Shown here: in pieces, positions 18,285 through 28,729 of the stretch
Position numbering within the stretch: position 1 is the stretch's first letter
How the letters are laid out: each line of letters begins with the position of its first letter
Assembly (NCBI GenBank): GCA_965226795.1
Contig: CBDDDZ010000005.1
Coordinates: forward strand, 1,120,001 to 1,184,000
Source: Candidatus Latescibacterota bacterium
GTDB taxonomy: Bacteria; Latescibacterota; UBA2968; GCA-2709665
Direction of reading: 5' to 3'
DNA: 64,000 nucleotides
The notes under the pieces: generated by a model
The model's input: the letters and a program-made list of their open reading frames with translations, nothing else
What the model was told of the DNA's origin: nothing
The model's database searches: none
Program-made: the position numbers and the translations under genes

Positions 18285-19049
18285 TTAGATACAACCCGGA
18301 ATGGAGGCGCCCCTGACCAGCATGGCGTCGTTGTCTTCGGCCGGCCCCGTATAGCGGCACCTTGCGCTGACGTAGTGCGTGGCATACCCCCGACGGCGCA
18401 GATTGGACTTGTTTGGCCTGCTGCTGTGCAGAATCAGACCATGGTGAAAACTGCAGCTGCCCACTTTCAACTCTATGGGCCGCTCTTCCGGCAGTCTACC
18501 GTCAAGTGACATCTGTTCATAGTCCGCCCATTTCTCCGTGGTAATGATCCCGAACCGGTGCGTGCCCGGCAGCATCCAGAGGCAACCGTTTTCTATGGTT
18601 GCGTCATTCAACGCCGCCCAGCAGGTGACCATATCGGGCGGGTCGATGTGGAATCCGAGTGGCATATCCTGGTGGTAGTGTTGTCTGGAGCCAATTCTGG
18701 GCGGCTTCATGAACCACTGGTCCTGGTAAAGCTTGAGGTCCGGGCCGAGCAGGGACTCGATCACGTCCAGAACCTTCGGATTTCGCGCGTGGGATTCGAA
18801 TACGTCGTCGCAGAACGCGAGATGGCTCATCTTCCGCAGTGAATCCGCATATGTGTCTGCCGCCGCCTTTCCTGAGTTCACCTCGGGTTCCACCTGTAGT
18901 CGCTGTCTGGTTACGTGTGGCGCCTGGCCACTGGCTACCCATTCCGCTCTCGCAAGGAGCGCTCCGACTTCATCCGGGTCGAGCAGGTCTTCAACCACCA
19001 GCACGCCTTCTTCCCGGAAGCTCGCCACCTGGGTCTCGGACAGCTTCAT
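18285..19049 (-). CDS. Phytanoyl-CoA dioxygenase (PhyH) family protein
   Basis: FMKPP, YHQD, ATIENGCLWMLPGTH, FHHGLILHSSRPN, RRGYATHY. Confidence 0.93.
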   Translation of the reverse strand: MKLSETQVASFREEGVLVVEDLLDPDEVGALLARAEWVASGQAPHVTRQRLQVEPEVNSGKAAADTYADSLRKMSHLAFCDDVFESHARNPKVLDVIESLLGPDLKLYQDQWFMKPPRIGSRQHYHQDMPLGFHIDPPDMVTCWAALNDATIENGCLWMLPGTHRFGIITTEKWADYEQMSLDGRLPEERPIELKVGSCSFHHGLILHSSRPNKSNLRRRGYATHYVSARCRYTGPAEDNDAMLVRGASIPGCI

Positions 19050-19208
19050 TTCACACCTCTTTTTCTCCGGGTTCCAAAAGCGAAACAGGAGAGATGGACC
19101 CCTGAGCGGCCGCAGGCGCCATCCGGCAGAGCGTGGGGTTTCGCGTTGCCGATGCGGCCCGCTTTATAATACCCGCATGTCCGAAGCGTGCGAACCGCGA
19201 CCAAATGT

Positions 19209-20168
19209 TCATCTCGCGCCGTGCTTGAAGTCCCGCGGAAAAGGACTGCCCTTATAGGAGAGGCCAACGACCGCCATCCAACCCGCTGGATAGTTCCGGC
19301 CGCCCACGGAAATGTTCATGGCCGTTTCCACAGTGAATGTTCGAAACGGACCAAGGTTAATCACAGGGGAAATATAGGTGATATTCTTGATGTCCGAATG
19401 GATTTTGGCGTTAAAGACGGTAGCGGCCTTTCCACGGACGCCATGGAATTTTACGCCGGCCAGCGCCATTCGGTGCACCTGGAAGCCGGCCTCCGCAACG
19501 AAGAACCACTCGTCGCCAGGATCCCGGTCGATCTCCCCGTTCTTTAGTCGAAGCCTGTATCCGACATCCGAGTTGACGTAAGCCGGAATGGGCCAGAAGG
19601 AGCGGCCCAATTGGAAAATGGCATCGAAATCCCACTGTCCTTCCCCGACGGGGATCAGACCGTCTTCGTTGACAAATTCGCCGGTTGGCGCCTTGAAACC
19701 CAATTTCAATGTGCCCACAGTGCGCAGGTTCAACAGATTGACTTTGAGAAATCCGCGGATATCTCCAAAGCCGGTTGCCGTTCGGGGTTCCCCGAAGCCG
19801 GTAAGGAGGGCCGTGTCCTGGTATTCCTGCCTGAAAAAGGGTACCTGCAGTCCAATATCGAATCTGTCCGTTGCACCGTAAAAAAGATCGAAAAACAAGG
19901 CACGGGAGCTATGCATGCCGTCAAACCTGAACCTGGCGCGGTCTCCTTCCCTGTAGACCCGCGTGGGATCCGGCCCTCTTCCGGATCCGGCGGCGCCGAC
20001 GTATTCTTCGCCGGTTGTCTGGCTCAGATAGGCAACCTTGCACCAAATGTGATTTCTGGGAAGCGTCCAGGCGCCTGCGATTGCGTTGTGGGGCGCGTAA
20101 CAGGCGGCGATAACGAAAAGGGCGACAGTGGCCGGCCTCCGAAGCGCAGTCGTCATGTAACGGACCAC
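19209..20168 (-). CDS. Putative outer-membrane beta-barrel 'transporter' (MetA-pathway-like)
   Basis: Signal peptide ending AIAGAWT, TGFGDI, GFKAPTG, PVGEGQWD, GYRLR, DPGDEW; alternative start ATG 20156. Confidence 0.7.
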   Translation of the reverse strand: MVRYMTTALRRPATVALFVIAACYAPHNAIAGAWTLPRNHIWCKVAYLSQTTGEEYVGAAGSGRGPDPTRVYREGDRARFRFDGMHSSRALFFDLFYGATDRFDIGLQVPFFRQEYQDTALLTGFGEPRTATGFGDIRGFLKVNLLNLRTVGTLKLGFKAPTGEFVNEDGLIPVGEGQWDFDAIFQLGRSFWPIPAYVNSDVGYRLRLKNGEIDRDPGDEWFFVAEAGFQVHRMALAGVKFHGVRGKAATVFNAKIHSDIKNITYISPVINLGPFRTFTVETAMNISVGGRNYPAGWMAVVGLSYKGSPFPRDFKHGAR

Positions 20169-20275
20169 GTGTCGGGACGAGGAGACGGGACCCGCGTCAT
20201 CGATACCCGAAAAGTGAGATTAGCCAATAGCCCATCCATTTGGATTCGGAGTACCGGGTGTTCCCCGGACCGTGT

Positions 20276-21451
20276 TCAGGGCACGTAAACCCCGGTGTCC
20301 TGCCAGAAGGTTGCCCAGGCGAACCAGAATGCGTTGTGTGCCGGGATCTGATAGAGATGGCTGCCTTTGAGTTCGCCCGCCGATGCCTGTCCCAGCAGGT
20401 TCCAGGTGGTGCCGGTTTCCCGGTCTTTCAGCAAAAAGGAAAACCGCCGATTTGTCGAAGGCACTCTGTCGAAAGTGAGTGTCCGATTACCCACATCCCG
20501 ACGGAAAGGCAGGGCCATCCGGGCTGCGGCATCGTAAATAACAAGGACGTTGTGATCCCCGATCTTGTCGTTGATAACGGCCTGATCGCCGCCCATTTGC
20601 GAAAAGGGATAGGCCATGGCGAGGTTCCCGAATCGAACGCCCAGTACCATCTCTTTGAGGGGATAATCGAAAACGATGGGATTGTTGTCCGGTTCGGGAA
20701 ACAGGGGGAACAGCGGCGCCGACCCCGGGTTGCGGTAGCCGGTGTAGGGGTACACAGTGTAGCGTTCCGAGCGGAACGTTCCCCTGGACCCGGAACTCAC
20801 GACCAGCGTGCCCGGGTAGAGCCTCTTCCAGTTGCCCCACGTGGTTTCGATCACGGGCATCAGCGTGAGGTGCCGTTCGGTGCCGAACCCCTTAATGCCG
20901 ATGTGAGTCATCTGCGGGTAAAGGGTGTCGTCATGGCGACGGTCGTACATAACGAGATTGTTATTGAACAGCAGGCCGGATACACCGAGTTCCAACCGCT
21001 CGTCGCCCTCGCCCTGGCCGTCGAAGACCATTCCGGTGCCGGTGAGCGGGCATAGCGTGACAACCAGGTGCCGGTCGCTGGTGACGTCATTGATGATTTC
21101 ATGGTGCCAACCGATATTGTGCGGATAGGCCTTGGCGATGCCGTTGAGGTAGAGACCAAGTACAAGATCGTCATCCTTGAGGTAGGCGGCATAACCGGTA
21201 CTCTCGCGGACAAAATCCGGGTCTGTCAGCGCAGGAATGCCGTCTTTGGCCACGCTACCACTTATCAGATGGTTCATGGGAAAACGGGAGACGTCCAGAA
21301 AATTACTGGACGGCAGCGATGAGGTCCTTCCGGCCTCTCCGCCGCTTCCGGTACCCGCGGGGGACACGGGAACGGGGGGACTGCTGCCGCCGCAAGCGGA
21401 GAGCGCACCGGCAATAAAGAACGGATACGCGAGATGACAGAGACGATTCAT
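20276..21451 (-). CDS. DUF3179 domain lipoprotein (paralogue B)
   Basis: Lipobox LSAC; KDGIPALTDPDF, KAYPHNIGWHHEIIND, LCPLTGTG, SGLLFNNNLVMYDR, AFWFAWATF. Confidence 0.9.
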   Translation of the reverse strand: MNRLCHLAYPFFIAGALSACGGSSPPVPVSPAGTGSGGEAGRTSSLPSSNFLDVSRFPMNHLISGSVAKDGIPALTDPDFVRESTGYAAYLKDDDLVLGLYLNGIAKAYPHNIGWHHEIINDVTSDRHLVVTLCPLTGTGMVFDGQGEGDERLELGVSGLLFNNNLVMYDRRHDDTLYPQMTHIGIKGFGTERHLTLMPVIETTWGNWKRLYPGTLVVSSGSRGTFRSERYTVYPYTGYRNPGSAPLFPLFPEPDNNPIVFDYPLKEMVLGVRFGNLAMAYPFSQMGGDQAVINDKIGDHNVLVIYDAAARMALPFRRDVGNRTLTFDRVPSTNRRFSFLLKDRETGTTWNLLGQASAGELKGSHLYQIPAHNAFWFAWATFWQDTGVYVP

Positions 21452-21775
21452 GTATTACCCATTCAATCGTGAGTCTCCGTAAACGACCTCTCCGGACTCG
21501 TGCGCGTCAGTTGGTCGGCGTAACGTCTTCTTGTAATGAAATTTAAGCAGATTGAGCGAAAAATAAAAGTACAATAAGCGCCGAATCGTCGTATTTTTGC
21601 GGCCGCGGCTGATTTTGCGTATTCGTTCCGATTCGAACGGCCTCGTAGAGGCAGGAAAATATCGAGCGTGACGAAAGTCAGGATCTTGCGCATAGTTCTT
21701 GCTTTTCTAACGATCCATGTCTAAATTATCTATACATTTGGTCACTGTTTTTTCGACTGCGATAGTATCCCGAGG

Positions 21776-23791
21776 ATGATGATGACGAGATTCAGGGTCC
21801 AGGCGCCGTTTGAACCGTCCGGCGACCAGCCCGAGGCCATCGCCGAATTGAGCGAGGGCGTTCAACGGGGCGACCGGTTTCAGACGCTCATGGGGGCGAC
21901 TGGCACGGGCAAGACGTTTACGGTTTCGAAGGTCATCGAGGCGATACAGATGCCAACCCTGGTGATCTCGCACAACAAGACCCTGGCGGCTCAGCTCTAC
22001 GGTGAATTCAACACGTTCTTTCCGGACAACGCGGTGGAGTATTTCATATCCTATTACGACTACTATCAGCCGGAGGCCTATAAGCCGGTAACCGATACGT
22101 TCATCGAAAAGGAAGCGGATATCAACGATGAGATCAACCGGCTGCGCCTGCGTGCGACGAGCGCGTTGATGGAACGCCAGGATGTGATCATCGTGGCCAG
22201 CGTATCATGTATTTACGGAATCGGCAATCCGGAAGAGTACAAAGGTATGCACGTCATGATCGACCGGGGGGAAAGGCTGGACCGGGACGATTTGCTTCGC
22301 CGCCTGGTGGATATACACTATACGAGGAACGACGTGGATTTCGGCCCGGGTTCGTTTCGGGTTCGCGGCGATGTGGTGGAGATCCATCGACCCGACCGGG
22401 ACGATCCGGTTCGCGTGGAGTTCTTCGGAGACGAAGTGGACGCGATCAGTCTGGTGCGACCGGTGACCGGAGAGGTGCTGGAGACGCGGGAACGGGCGGC
22501 GATTTACCCGGCGCGGCATTTCGTGACCAGCGGCGAGCGGATTGAGCGGGCGATCGAGCAGATCGAGATTGACATGGCCAGGCAGCTTGACGAATTCAGA
22601 AACCAGGGGAAACTGCTGGAAGCCCAGCGGCTGGAGACCCGTACGCGGTACGATATAGAGATGATGCGTGAGATCGGCTACTGCGCCGGAATCGAGAATT
22701 ACTCGAGATATATCGATGGGAGGGATCCCGGCCAGCCGCCCCACGTTTTGCTGGACTATTTCCCGGAGGAATTCCTGGTTGTCATCGACGAGTCGCACGT
22801 GACGTTGCCACAGATCCGGGGGATGTGGAACGCCGATCGATCGCGAAAGACGACACTGGTGGAACACGGGTTCAGGCTGCCCGCCGCGCTGGACAACCGT
22901 CCGCTGTATTTAGAGGAATTCGAAGGCAAGGTGAAGTCGGCGATTTTCATGTCCGCCACACCTGCGGATTATGAACTGGAAAAGACAAAGGGCATTGTGG
23001 TCGAGCAGATTATACGGCCCACCGGTGTTCCGGATCCGGAGATGCTGGTGCGTCCGATCCGCGGGCAGGTGGACGATCTGATCGACGAGGTCCGCGAGCG
23101 GGTGGGCCGGAAAGAACGGGTGCTTGTAACCGCGCTGACCAAGAGAATGTCGGAGGATCTGGCCGAATACATGCGTGATCTGGGTATTCGCGCACGCTAT
23201 ATTCATTCGGAAATTGACTCGCTGGAGCGCGTCGAGATTATCAGGGGATTGCGGCTGGGCGAATTCGATGTTCTGGTGGGCGTGAATCTGTTGCGCGAGG
23301 GGCTGGATCTGCCTGAAGTGTCCCTTGTGGCGATTCTGGATGCGGATAAAGAGGGCTTTCTGCGCTCGACGCGTTCGCTGATTCAGACGGCGGGCCGGGC
23401 GGCCCGGAATCTGGCCGGCAAGGTCATATTGTACGCGGACAAGGTGACGGACTCCATGCGACGGGCAATCGAAGAAACTGACCGCAGGCGGCAGGTGCAG
23501 CAGGCATACAATGAGCGGCTGGGTGTTGTGCCTCAGACGATCTACAAGAGCAGGGATGAGATTCTGCAATCCACGGCGGTCGCCGATGCCAGACCGAAGG
23601 AGATGCCGTTTGCGGCGGAGGAGACGTCCGGGTACGAGGTCGGCACCGACCTGCTGGAGGCAATCGCGGATCTGGAAGACAAAATGGCCAGGGCCGCTGC
23701 GCAACTGGCGTTCGAAAGAGCGGCCGAATATCGGGACGAGATTACCAGGCTGAAAGCGGGCATGAAGGGGGTCTCGGGCGGCACCGCGTAG
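21776..23791 (+). CDS. uvrB: Excinuclease ABC subunit B
   Basis: [43 protein letters not shown]-terminal FERAAEYRD. Confidence 0.99.
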   Translation: MMMTRFRVQAPFEPSGDQPEAIAELSEGVQRGDRFQTLMGATGTGKTFTVSKVIEAIQMPTLVISHNKTLAAQLYGEFNTFFPDNAVEYFISYYDYYQPEAYKPVTDTFIEKEADINDEINRLRLRATSALMERQDVIIVASVSCIYGIGNPEEYKGMHVMIDRGERLDRDDLLRRLVDIHYTRNDVDFGPGSFRVRGDVVEIHRPDRDDPVRVEFFGDEVDAISLVRPVTGEVLETRERAAIYPARHFVTSGERIERAIEQIEIDMARQLDEFRNQGKLLEAQRLETRTRYDIEMMREIGYCAGIENYSRYIDGRDPGQPPHVLLDYFPEEFLVVIDESHVTLPQIRGMWNADRSRKTTLVEHGFRLPAALDNRPLYLEEFEGKVKSAIFMSATPADYELEKTKGIVVEQIIRPTGVPDPEMLVRPIRGQVDDLIDEVRERVGRKERVLVTALTKRMSEDLAEYMRDLGIRARYIHSEIDSLERVEIIRGLRLGEFDVLVGVNLLREGLDLPEVSLVAILDADKEGFLRSTRSLIQTAGRAARNLAGKVILYADKVTDSMRRAIEETDRRRQVQQAYNERLGVVPQTIYKSRDEILQSTAVADARPKEMPFAAEETSGYEVGTDLLEAIADLEDKMARAAAQLAFERAAEYRDEITRLKAGMKGVSGGTA

Positions 23792-23809
23792 AATGGGATT
23801 TGGACCGAC

Positions 23810-24673
23810 ATGGCGAACCTGTCTGAATGGGATGGTATCGACCGCGTCGTCGACGCAGCGATCCGGGAAGACGTGGGCGACGGCGACATTTCTACCGCTT
23901 GGACTGTTCGCGAGAACACGCAAGCCCGAGCCGTGTTGATTGCAAGGGCGCCGGGTGTGATCGCGGGGCTGCCGGTGGCGGAACGGGTATTTCAGCGGGT
24001 TCATTCTGGAATCCAGGTGACGCCCCGAACCACGGACGGCGCGCGCGTTCAAGTCGAGGATGTGCTGGCGGACGTCGCAGGCCCGGCCCGGGGCATCCTG
24101 ACGGCGGAGCGGACGGCGTTGAATTTCCTGCAGCGTATGTCGGGAATCGCAACGATGGCGGCAGCCTACGTGGCCGCCGTTGCAGGGACGGGCGTCAGCA
24201 TTCTCGATACCCGGAAAACCGCGCCCGGACTGCGGATGCTGGACAAGTATGCGGTTGTCGCCGGGGGAGGAACCAGCCATCGGATGGGATTGCACGATAT
24301 GGTGCTTCTCAAGGAAAACCATATCGAAGCGGCGGACGGTATCGGACCGGCGGTCGCCGCGGTGAAGGCGGCAATGGCCCGGGACCGCAGGCGCGTCATG
24401 ATCGAAGTGGAGGTAAAAACCCTTCGTGAGTTGGACGACGCGCTGGCCGTGGGAGTGGACCGGGTGATGCTCGATAATATGGATCTGCAGACCACGCGCC
24501 TCGCGGTGGCGCGGGCAATGGCGTACGGACAGGAGAGGCCGCTTCTGGAAGCATCCGGCAACGTCACACTTGAAACCGTTCGCACCGTGGCCGAGACCGG
24601 TGTGGACCTGATCTCGGTCGGTGCGTTGACGCATTCGGCGCCCTCCATGGACATGAGTCTGTTGTTCCAATGA
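23810..24673 (+). CDS. nadC: Quinolinate phosphoribosyltransferase
   Basis: EDVGDGDIST, ERTALNFLQRMSGIAT, DTRKTAPG, HRMGLHD, MLDN, EASGNV, SVGALTHSA. Confidence 0.98.
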   Translation: MANLSEWDGIDRVVDAAIREDVGDGDISTAWTVRENTQARAVLIARAPGVIAGLPVAERVFQRVHSGIQVTPRTTDGARVQVEDVLADVAGPARGILTAERTALNFLQRMSGIATMAAAYVAAVAGTGVSILDTRKTAPGLRMLDKYAVVAGGGTSHRMGLHDMVLLKENHIEAADGIGPAVAAVKAAMARDRRRVMIEVEVKTLRELDDALAVGVDRVMLDNMDLQTTRLAVARAMAYGQERPLLEASGNVTLETVRTVAETGVDLISVGALTHSAPSMDMSLLFQ

Positions 24674-25704
24674 GTGCGAAGCGGCCGTGTTTTTCCACGG
24701 AATCATACGTCAACGCCGGCGGCGTTGAGACCCCCATTTCGTATCGCGTACTCGAGGTGCTGGGCAAACAGCGCGCGGAGCGGGTCCCTATCGAAAACCT
24801 GGCCGCAGCGCTGTCGTGTAAGCCCGAAGCTGTCGGCAGCGCCATAGACGCGATGCGGCGCCTCGGGTATACCGTTTCGGATTGTCCCGGCGCCGGCATA
24901 CGCCTGGAAACCGAAACGGATGTGATCCTCCGGGCCGAACTTCTCGGAAGCCTGAGGACCCGTGTCCTGGGCCGGTCTCCCGCGTGTTTCCTGGAGTTGG
25001 ATTCAACAAATGCATTGGCCGCGCGTGCCGCTCTCGCCGGCGCACCGCACGGCACCGTGGTCGTTGCGGAACATCAGAGGGCCGGTCGCGGGCGTCTTGG
25101 CAGAAAGTGGTTTTCGCCGCCCGGCGTGGGACTCTGGTTTTCACTGATTCTCCGATACGAACTGAGGATTTCACACGCCTGGATGCTTACGCTCGGCGCG
25201 GCCGTCGCCCTGGCCGACGCCGTGGAGGTCTCGACCGGCGCCCGCCCCGATGTCCGGTGGCCCAACGACCTGTATCTGAACGACCGCAAGCTTGCGGGCA
25301 TCCTGACCGAGGCGCGCGGCGGCGTCGACGGATTGCGCTTCGCCGTTCTCGGTATCGGGATCAACGTGAACCAGGAACAGTCGGACTTTCCCGCAGGTCT
25401 GAAAGACATAGCGACATCCCTCAGGTGCGGCACGGGACGGGTGTACGAGCGGACGACAATTCTGGCCGAGGTGTTCCTGGCGCTGGAGCGGGTATACGCC
25501 AGCCTGGATGCCCGGAGGATTAGAAAATTGTGGAAGGGGAAAGCCCGGATGCTCGGCAAGCCGATTCGCATCATGACGAGCGCGGGCCCCGTTAAGGGCG
25601 TGGCCGAGGACGTCGGAACCGACGGCGCGCTCCTGGTACGGGGTGTCGATGGTGGGGTCAGGAGGGTCCTGATTGGAGACGTGGATGGCGGCGGTGCGGT
25701 TTAG
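24670..25704 (+). CDS. birA: Biotin-[acetyl-CoA-carboxylase] ligase with N-terminal HTH
   Basis: DSTN, QRAGRGRLGRKWFSP, WPNDL, KLAGIL, GIGINVN. Confidence 0.95.
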   Translation: MSAKRPCFSTESYVNAGGVETPISYRVLEVLGKQRAERVPIENLAAALSCKPEAVGSAIDAMRRLGYTVSDCPGAGIRLETETDVILRAELLGSLRTRVLGRSPACFLELDSTNALAARAALAGAPHGTVVVAEHQRAGRGRLGRKWFSPPGVGLWFSLILRYELRISHAWMLTLGAAVALADAVEVSTGARPDVRWPNDLYLNDRKLAGILTEARGGVDGLRFAVLGIGINVNQEQSDFPAGLKDIATSLRCGTGRVYERTTILAEVFLALERVYASLDARRIRKLWKGKARMLGKPIRIMTSAGPVKGVAEDVGTDGALLVRGVDGGVRRVLIGDVDGGGAV

Positions 25705-25777
25705 CGTTTCATAACAAACGGACCCTCGTTTGCGGACACGTGGTTTCCGGTCCGATATGCCACTATTGAGTATCTGT

Positions 25778-26551
25778 ATGTTTCTTGCGCTTGACATCGG
25801 GAATTCCAGTATCGGTTGCGCCATATTCGACGGCAGCGACATGCGGACTCGCTGGTCCATGGACACCGACGTCGGGCTGGGCAGTGTCGAGTATTCAACG
25901 CGCCTGAGCGCCGTAATCGAACAGGGGGGTATCGAAATCCGGGCGATGGACGGAGCCATTGCTTCGTCCGTGGTCAGGGGAATGACAGAGGTTATGGGTA
26001 GGGCCGTCCGGACGTTGTCAGGGTGTCGTCTGATCGAGGCCGATGCCCGATCCGATCCGGGGATCGACGTCGCTGTGGAGAGGCCCGAGGCCGTGGGAGT
26101 CGACCGGCTTCTGGCAGCCGGGGCGGCGTTCCGGCTGGCCCGCGGCCCCGTGATTGTGGTTGATGCTGGAACCGCCCTGACCGTCGACCTGGTTTCAGCC
26201 GCGGGATGTTTCATGGGCGGAACGATCGCGCCGGGCCTGAAGGTCATGGCGAATTCGCTTGCATCGGGGACCAGTCTGCTGCCCGAGGTGAGCCTCCAGG
26301 CGCCGGCATCGGCGGTGGGGCGGGACACACATGAGTGCATACGGGCTGGCGTGGTGTTCGGGGCGGCTGGAGCCGTGGATCGTGTGGTCGAAGAACTGAT
26401 CGACATCGCGGAAGGGGCGCCGCGCGTGTTCCTGACCGGCGGAGATGCGCCGTTCCTTTCACCTTATCTCAAATTGTCGCACGTTTCTGAACCGGACCTT
26501 GTGCTGCGTGGGCTTGCTTACGCGTTCAGGCGACGGCATCATCCAACGTAG
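25778..26551 (+). CDS. coaX: Type III pantothenate kinase
   Basis: LALDIGNS, VGVDR, VVDAGTALT, GGTIAPG, TGGDA. Confidence 0.95.
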   Translation: MFLALDIGNSSIGCAIFDGSDMRTRWSMDTDVGLGSVEYSTRLSAVIEQGGIEIRAMDGAIASSVVRGMTEVMGRAVRTLSGCRLIEADARSDPGIDVAVERPEAVGVDRLLAAGAAFRLARGPVIVVDAGTALTVDLVSAAGCFMGGTIAPGLKVMANSLASGTSLLPEVSLQAPASAVGRDTHECIRAGVVFGAAGAVDRVVEELIDIAEGAPRVFLTGGDAPFLSPYLKLSHVSEPDLVLRGLAYAFRRRHHPT

Positions 26552-26564
26552 GGAGGCGGTTCGG

Positions 26565-26608
26565 AAAAAAGAAATCCCGCGGGCGGTAACGCCTGGCGCG
26601 GGATTTTT
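26565..26608. terminator. Bidirectional intrinsic terminator
   Basis: A-run, AAATCCCGCG...CGCGGGATTT, then T-run, between convergent genes. Confidence 0.75.
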
Positions 26609-26649
26609 GCGTACGTGCGCGATGGAATGGTTCGTTCTCTTGTCGCCCG

Positions 26650-27489
26650 TCATGAAATCGCGCTTCCGCTTGATTCCGCGACGGCCGATTCTACAAGAGA
26701 CTTCAGGGTTCTCAGGTTGCGTTCAGCCGTTGACACCGCGTCTTCCATAGGAGGCGTCTCAAAGACAAGCGGCCCCCGGTAACCGACTTCGGCCAGCGCT
26801 TTCAGACAGCCCTCGAGGTCAATGTCGCCCTCGCCGACGTAACACGGAGTCCGGTCTTTTCGCGGGTCTTTGATGTGGACCTGAACAATCCGGTCTCCCA
26901 GGCAGTGGATATCAGCGACCGAGTTGCTGCCGAGCATCTGCGCGTTGCCAACGTCGAAGTAAGCCCCCACGTACGGATTGTCTACCGCTTCAACGAGTTC
27001 CCTCAATTGTTCGCCCGTGAGAATATGGCTCCGTCCGACATTCTCCAGGCCGATGTGAATGCCCATTCCGGCCGCCTGAGAGGCGACGGCGCGGGTTTCG
27101 TAGGCCCATCGATGGGCGGCTTCGATGGGGGGCAACGCCATTGGATTGGTGACCGGAATGAGTATGGTTTTGACGTCCAGGACCGTACAGGCATGGATGG
27201 CCTGGAAGACGATCTGTTTGGCCATGAAGCGGTTCGCCACGTCCGGGTCTGCAAAGGAATAGTGCCAGAACGTGTGCAGGCAAACGGAGAAGATGGGAAC
27301 GCCCGCCGATTCGGCGCGCTGCCCCAGGGCTTCGATGCCCTCCTCGTTCCAGAGGTCGGAGGTGCGATAGGTGTTCCCCCGAACGCCCAGTTCAACGCCG
27401 TCGTAGCCGAGTGCCTTCGCTTTCGGGAAAACATCCACCCAGTCGGATTGCAGTACGTCTTCCAGAATACCGAATTTGAACCGGTTCAT
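26650..27489 (-). CDS. Sugar phosphate isomerase/epimerase (TIM barrel)
   Basis: GYDGVEL, GLENV, YFDVGN, VHIKD, GEGDID, FET. Confidence 0.9.
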   Translation of the reverse strand: MNRFKFGILEDVLQSDWVDVFPKAKALGYDGVELGVRGNTYRTSDLWNEEGIEALGQRAESAGVPIFSVCLHTFWHYSFADPDVANRFMAKQIVFQAIHACTVLDVKTILIPVTNPMALPPIEAAHRWAYETRAVASQAAGMGIHIGLENVGRSHILTGEQLRELVEAVDNPYVGAYFDVGNAQMLGSNSVADIHCLGDRIVQVHIKDPRKDRTPCYVGEGDIDLEGCLKALAEVGYRGPLVFETPPMEDAVSTAERNLRTLKSLVESAVAESSGSAIS

Positions 27490-27867
27490 TGGTTCCTTCC
27501 CGTTATCGATTGATCCATTTCGTCAAGATATCCATCTTGCGGCATTCGGCGTGATGTTGGAGGAACATCGCGCGCGCGGACCAGAATTTCGTAAATCCCT
27601 TTTCGTGATGAACGGAAGGGACGACGGACTGGTTTCGGCGCCACGTGATGCCACTGCGTTCCGCTAAAGTACAAAAGGTCCGGAGCCCTGTCAATAGGAT
27701 CCTGAATTCACATGAGCATCGTATCGAGAGCCTTTGTTCGCGACCCATTGTTCCGTGCCTGTGGTGAAGCCGCCTGGCCCAACGCCGTACACGAATTCAT
27801 GGCTGCATCGCATCGAACCGGAGCGCGGCCGGGTCTATGGAACGGCATCCGGATAACGCCATTAGGT

Positions 27868-27896
27868 TTGACATCCGGACGTGGGCAAGGTATTAT
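27868..27896 (+). promoter_or_regulatory. Sigma70-like promoter
   Basis: TTGACA-17-TATTAT upstream of the ATG at 27923. Confidence 0.65.
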
Positions 27897-27922
27897 ATTT
27901 CGACTTTCGAGGAGACGCGACG

Positions 27923-28699
27923 ATGAAGACTGCGCTGTGTACAATCGCCTTTAAGGATAGGTCGTTCGAGGGAGTCCTGGATCTCGCGGTCGCGGCCGGT
28001 TTCGACGGTGTCGAACCGTGGGGAAAGCCGGATCACATGCCCGAAGCCTATGACGCGGAGTTTAACCGGCGAATGGCCCGGGCGATTCGTGACCGGGGGC
28101 TGGAGGTATCGCAGTACGGATCGTACATCAATCCGGTCTCGGACGGTTTTGAGCGAGAGATGTCGGAAGGGTTGGATATCGCATCGGATCTGGGGGCGGA
28201 TACGATCCGAGTATGGGCTGGATCCTGCGGTTCCGCGGAGGCGGCCAATGAGGACTGGCAGTCCACGATCTCGGGATTTCGCCGGTTCGCTGACCGGGCA
28301 GGCGACCAGGGAGCGCGTCTGGTCCTGGAGATGCACCTGGGATATTTGTCCGACACGGCGTGGGGTAGCCTGCGCCTGGTGGAAGGCGTGGACCGGCCCA
28401 ATTTTCTTCTGAATTTCCAACCGATGTATTCGGAAAGCGCAGACCGGGTAATGGCGGTGGCGCGGCGGGTAGCCCCTCGCGTGGCGACGGTGCACGCGCA
28501 GAACTATGAAGCCGCCGGGCAGAACGCCCGCAGCCTGATTTCGGGGGGTTACGTGGACTACCGCGCGGTCGTGCGGGAGCTCTCGGCGGCGGGTTTCGAC
28601 GGATTCCTGGAAGTCGAATTTGTCAGGGAGAGCGACCCCGAGGCCGCGCTGATGGCCGATGCCGCGTTTCTCCGCACATTGTGTGAGAGTAGGGATTGA
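27923..28699 (+). CDS. Sugar phosphate isomerase/epimerase (TIM barrel)
   Basis: GFDGVEPWG, YGSY, IRVWAG, LEMH, LEVEF; GAGGAG RBS. Confidence 0.88.
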   Translation: MKTALCTIAFKDRSFEGVLDLAVAAGFDGVEPWGKPDHMPEAYDAEFNRRMARAIRDRGLEVSQYGSYINPVSDGFEREMSEGLDIASDLGADTIRVWAGSCGSAEAANEDWQSTISGFRRFADRAGDQGARLVLEMHLGYLSDTAWGSLRLVEGVDRPNFLLNFQPMYSESADRVMAVARRVAPRVATVHAQNYEAAGQNARSLISGGYVDYRAVVRELSAAGFDGFLEVEFVRESDPEAALMADAAFLRTLCESRD

Positions 28700-28729
28700 C
28701 CATAAACTCTTGGGGCAGGAGGTCGGACA

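Noticed and set aside
21452..21775. LexA/SOS box upstream of uvrB
   Set aside because: Only imperfect palindromes (e.g. ATGTCTA-N7-TATACAT); none matches a LexA consensus I can support.
22910..24706. 598-aa minus-strand ORF and other long antisense ORFs (e.g. 25171-26406, 31778-32857, 37925-39007)
   Set aside because: They lie opposite well-supported genes, lack recognisable motifs, and are expected shadows of GC-rich codon usage.
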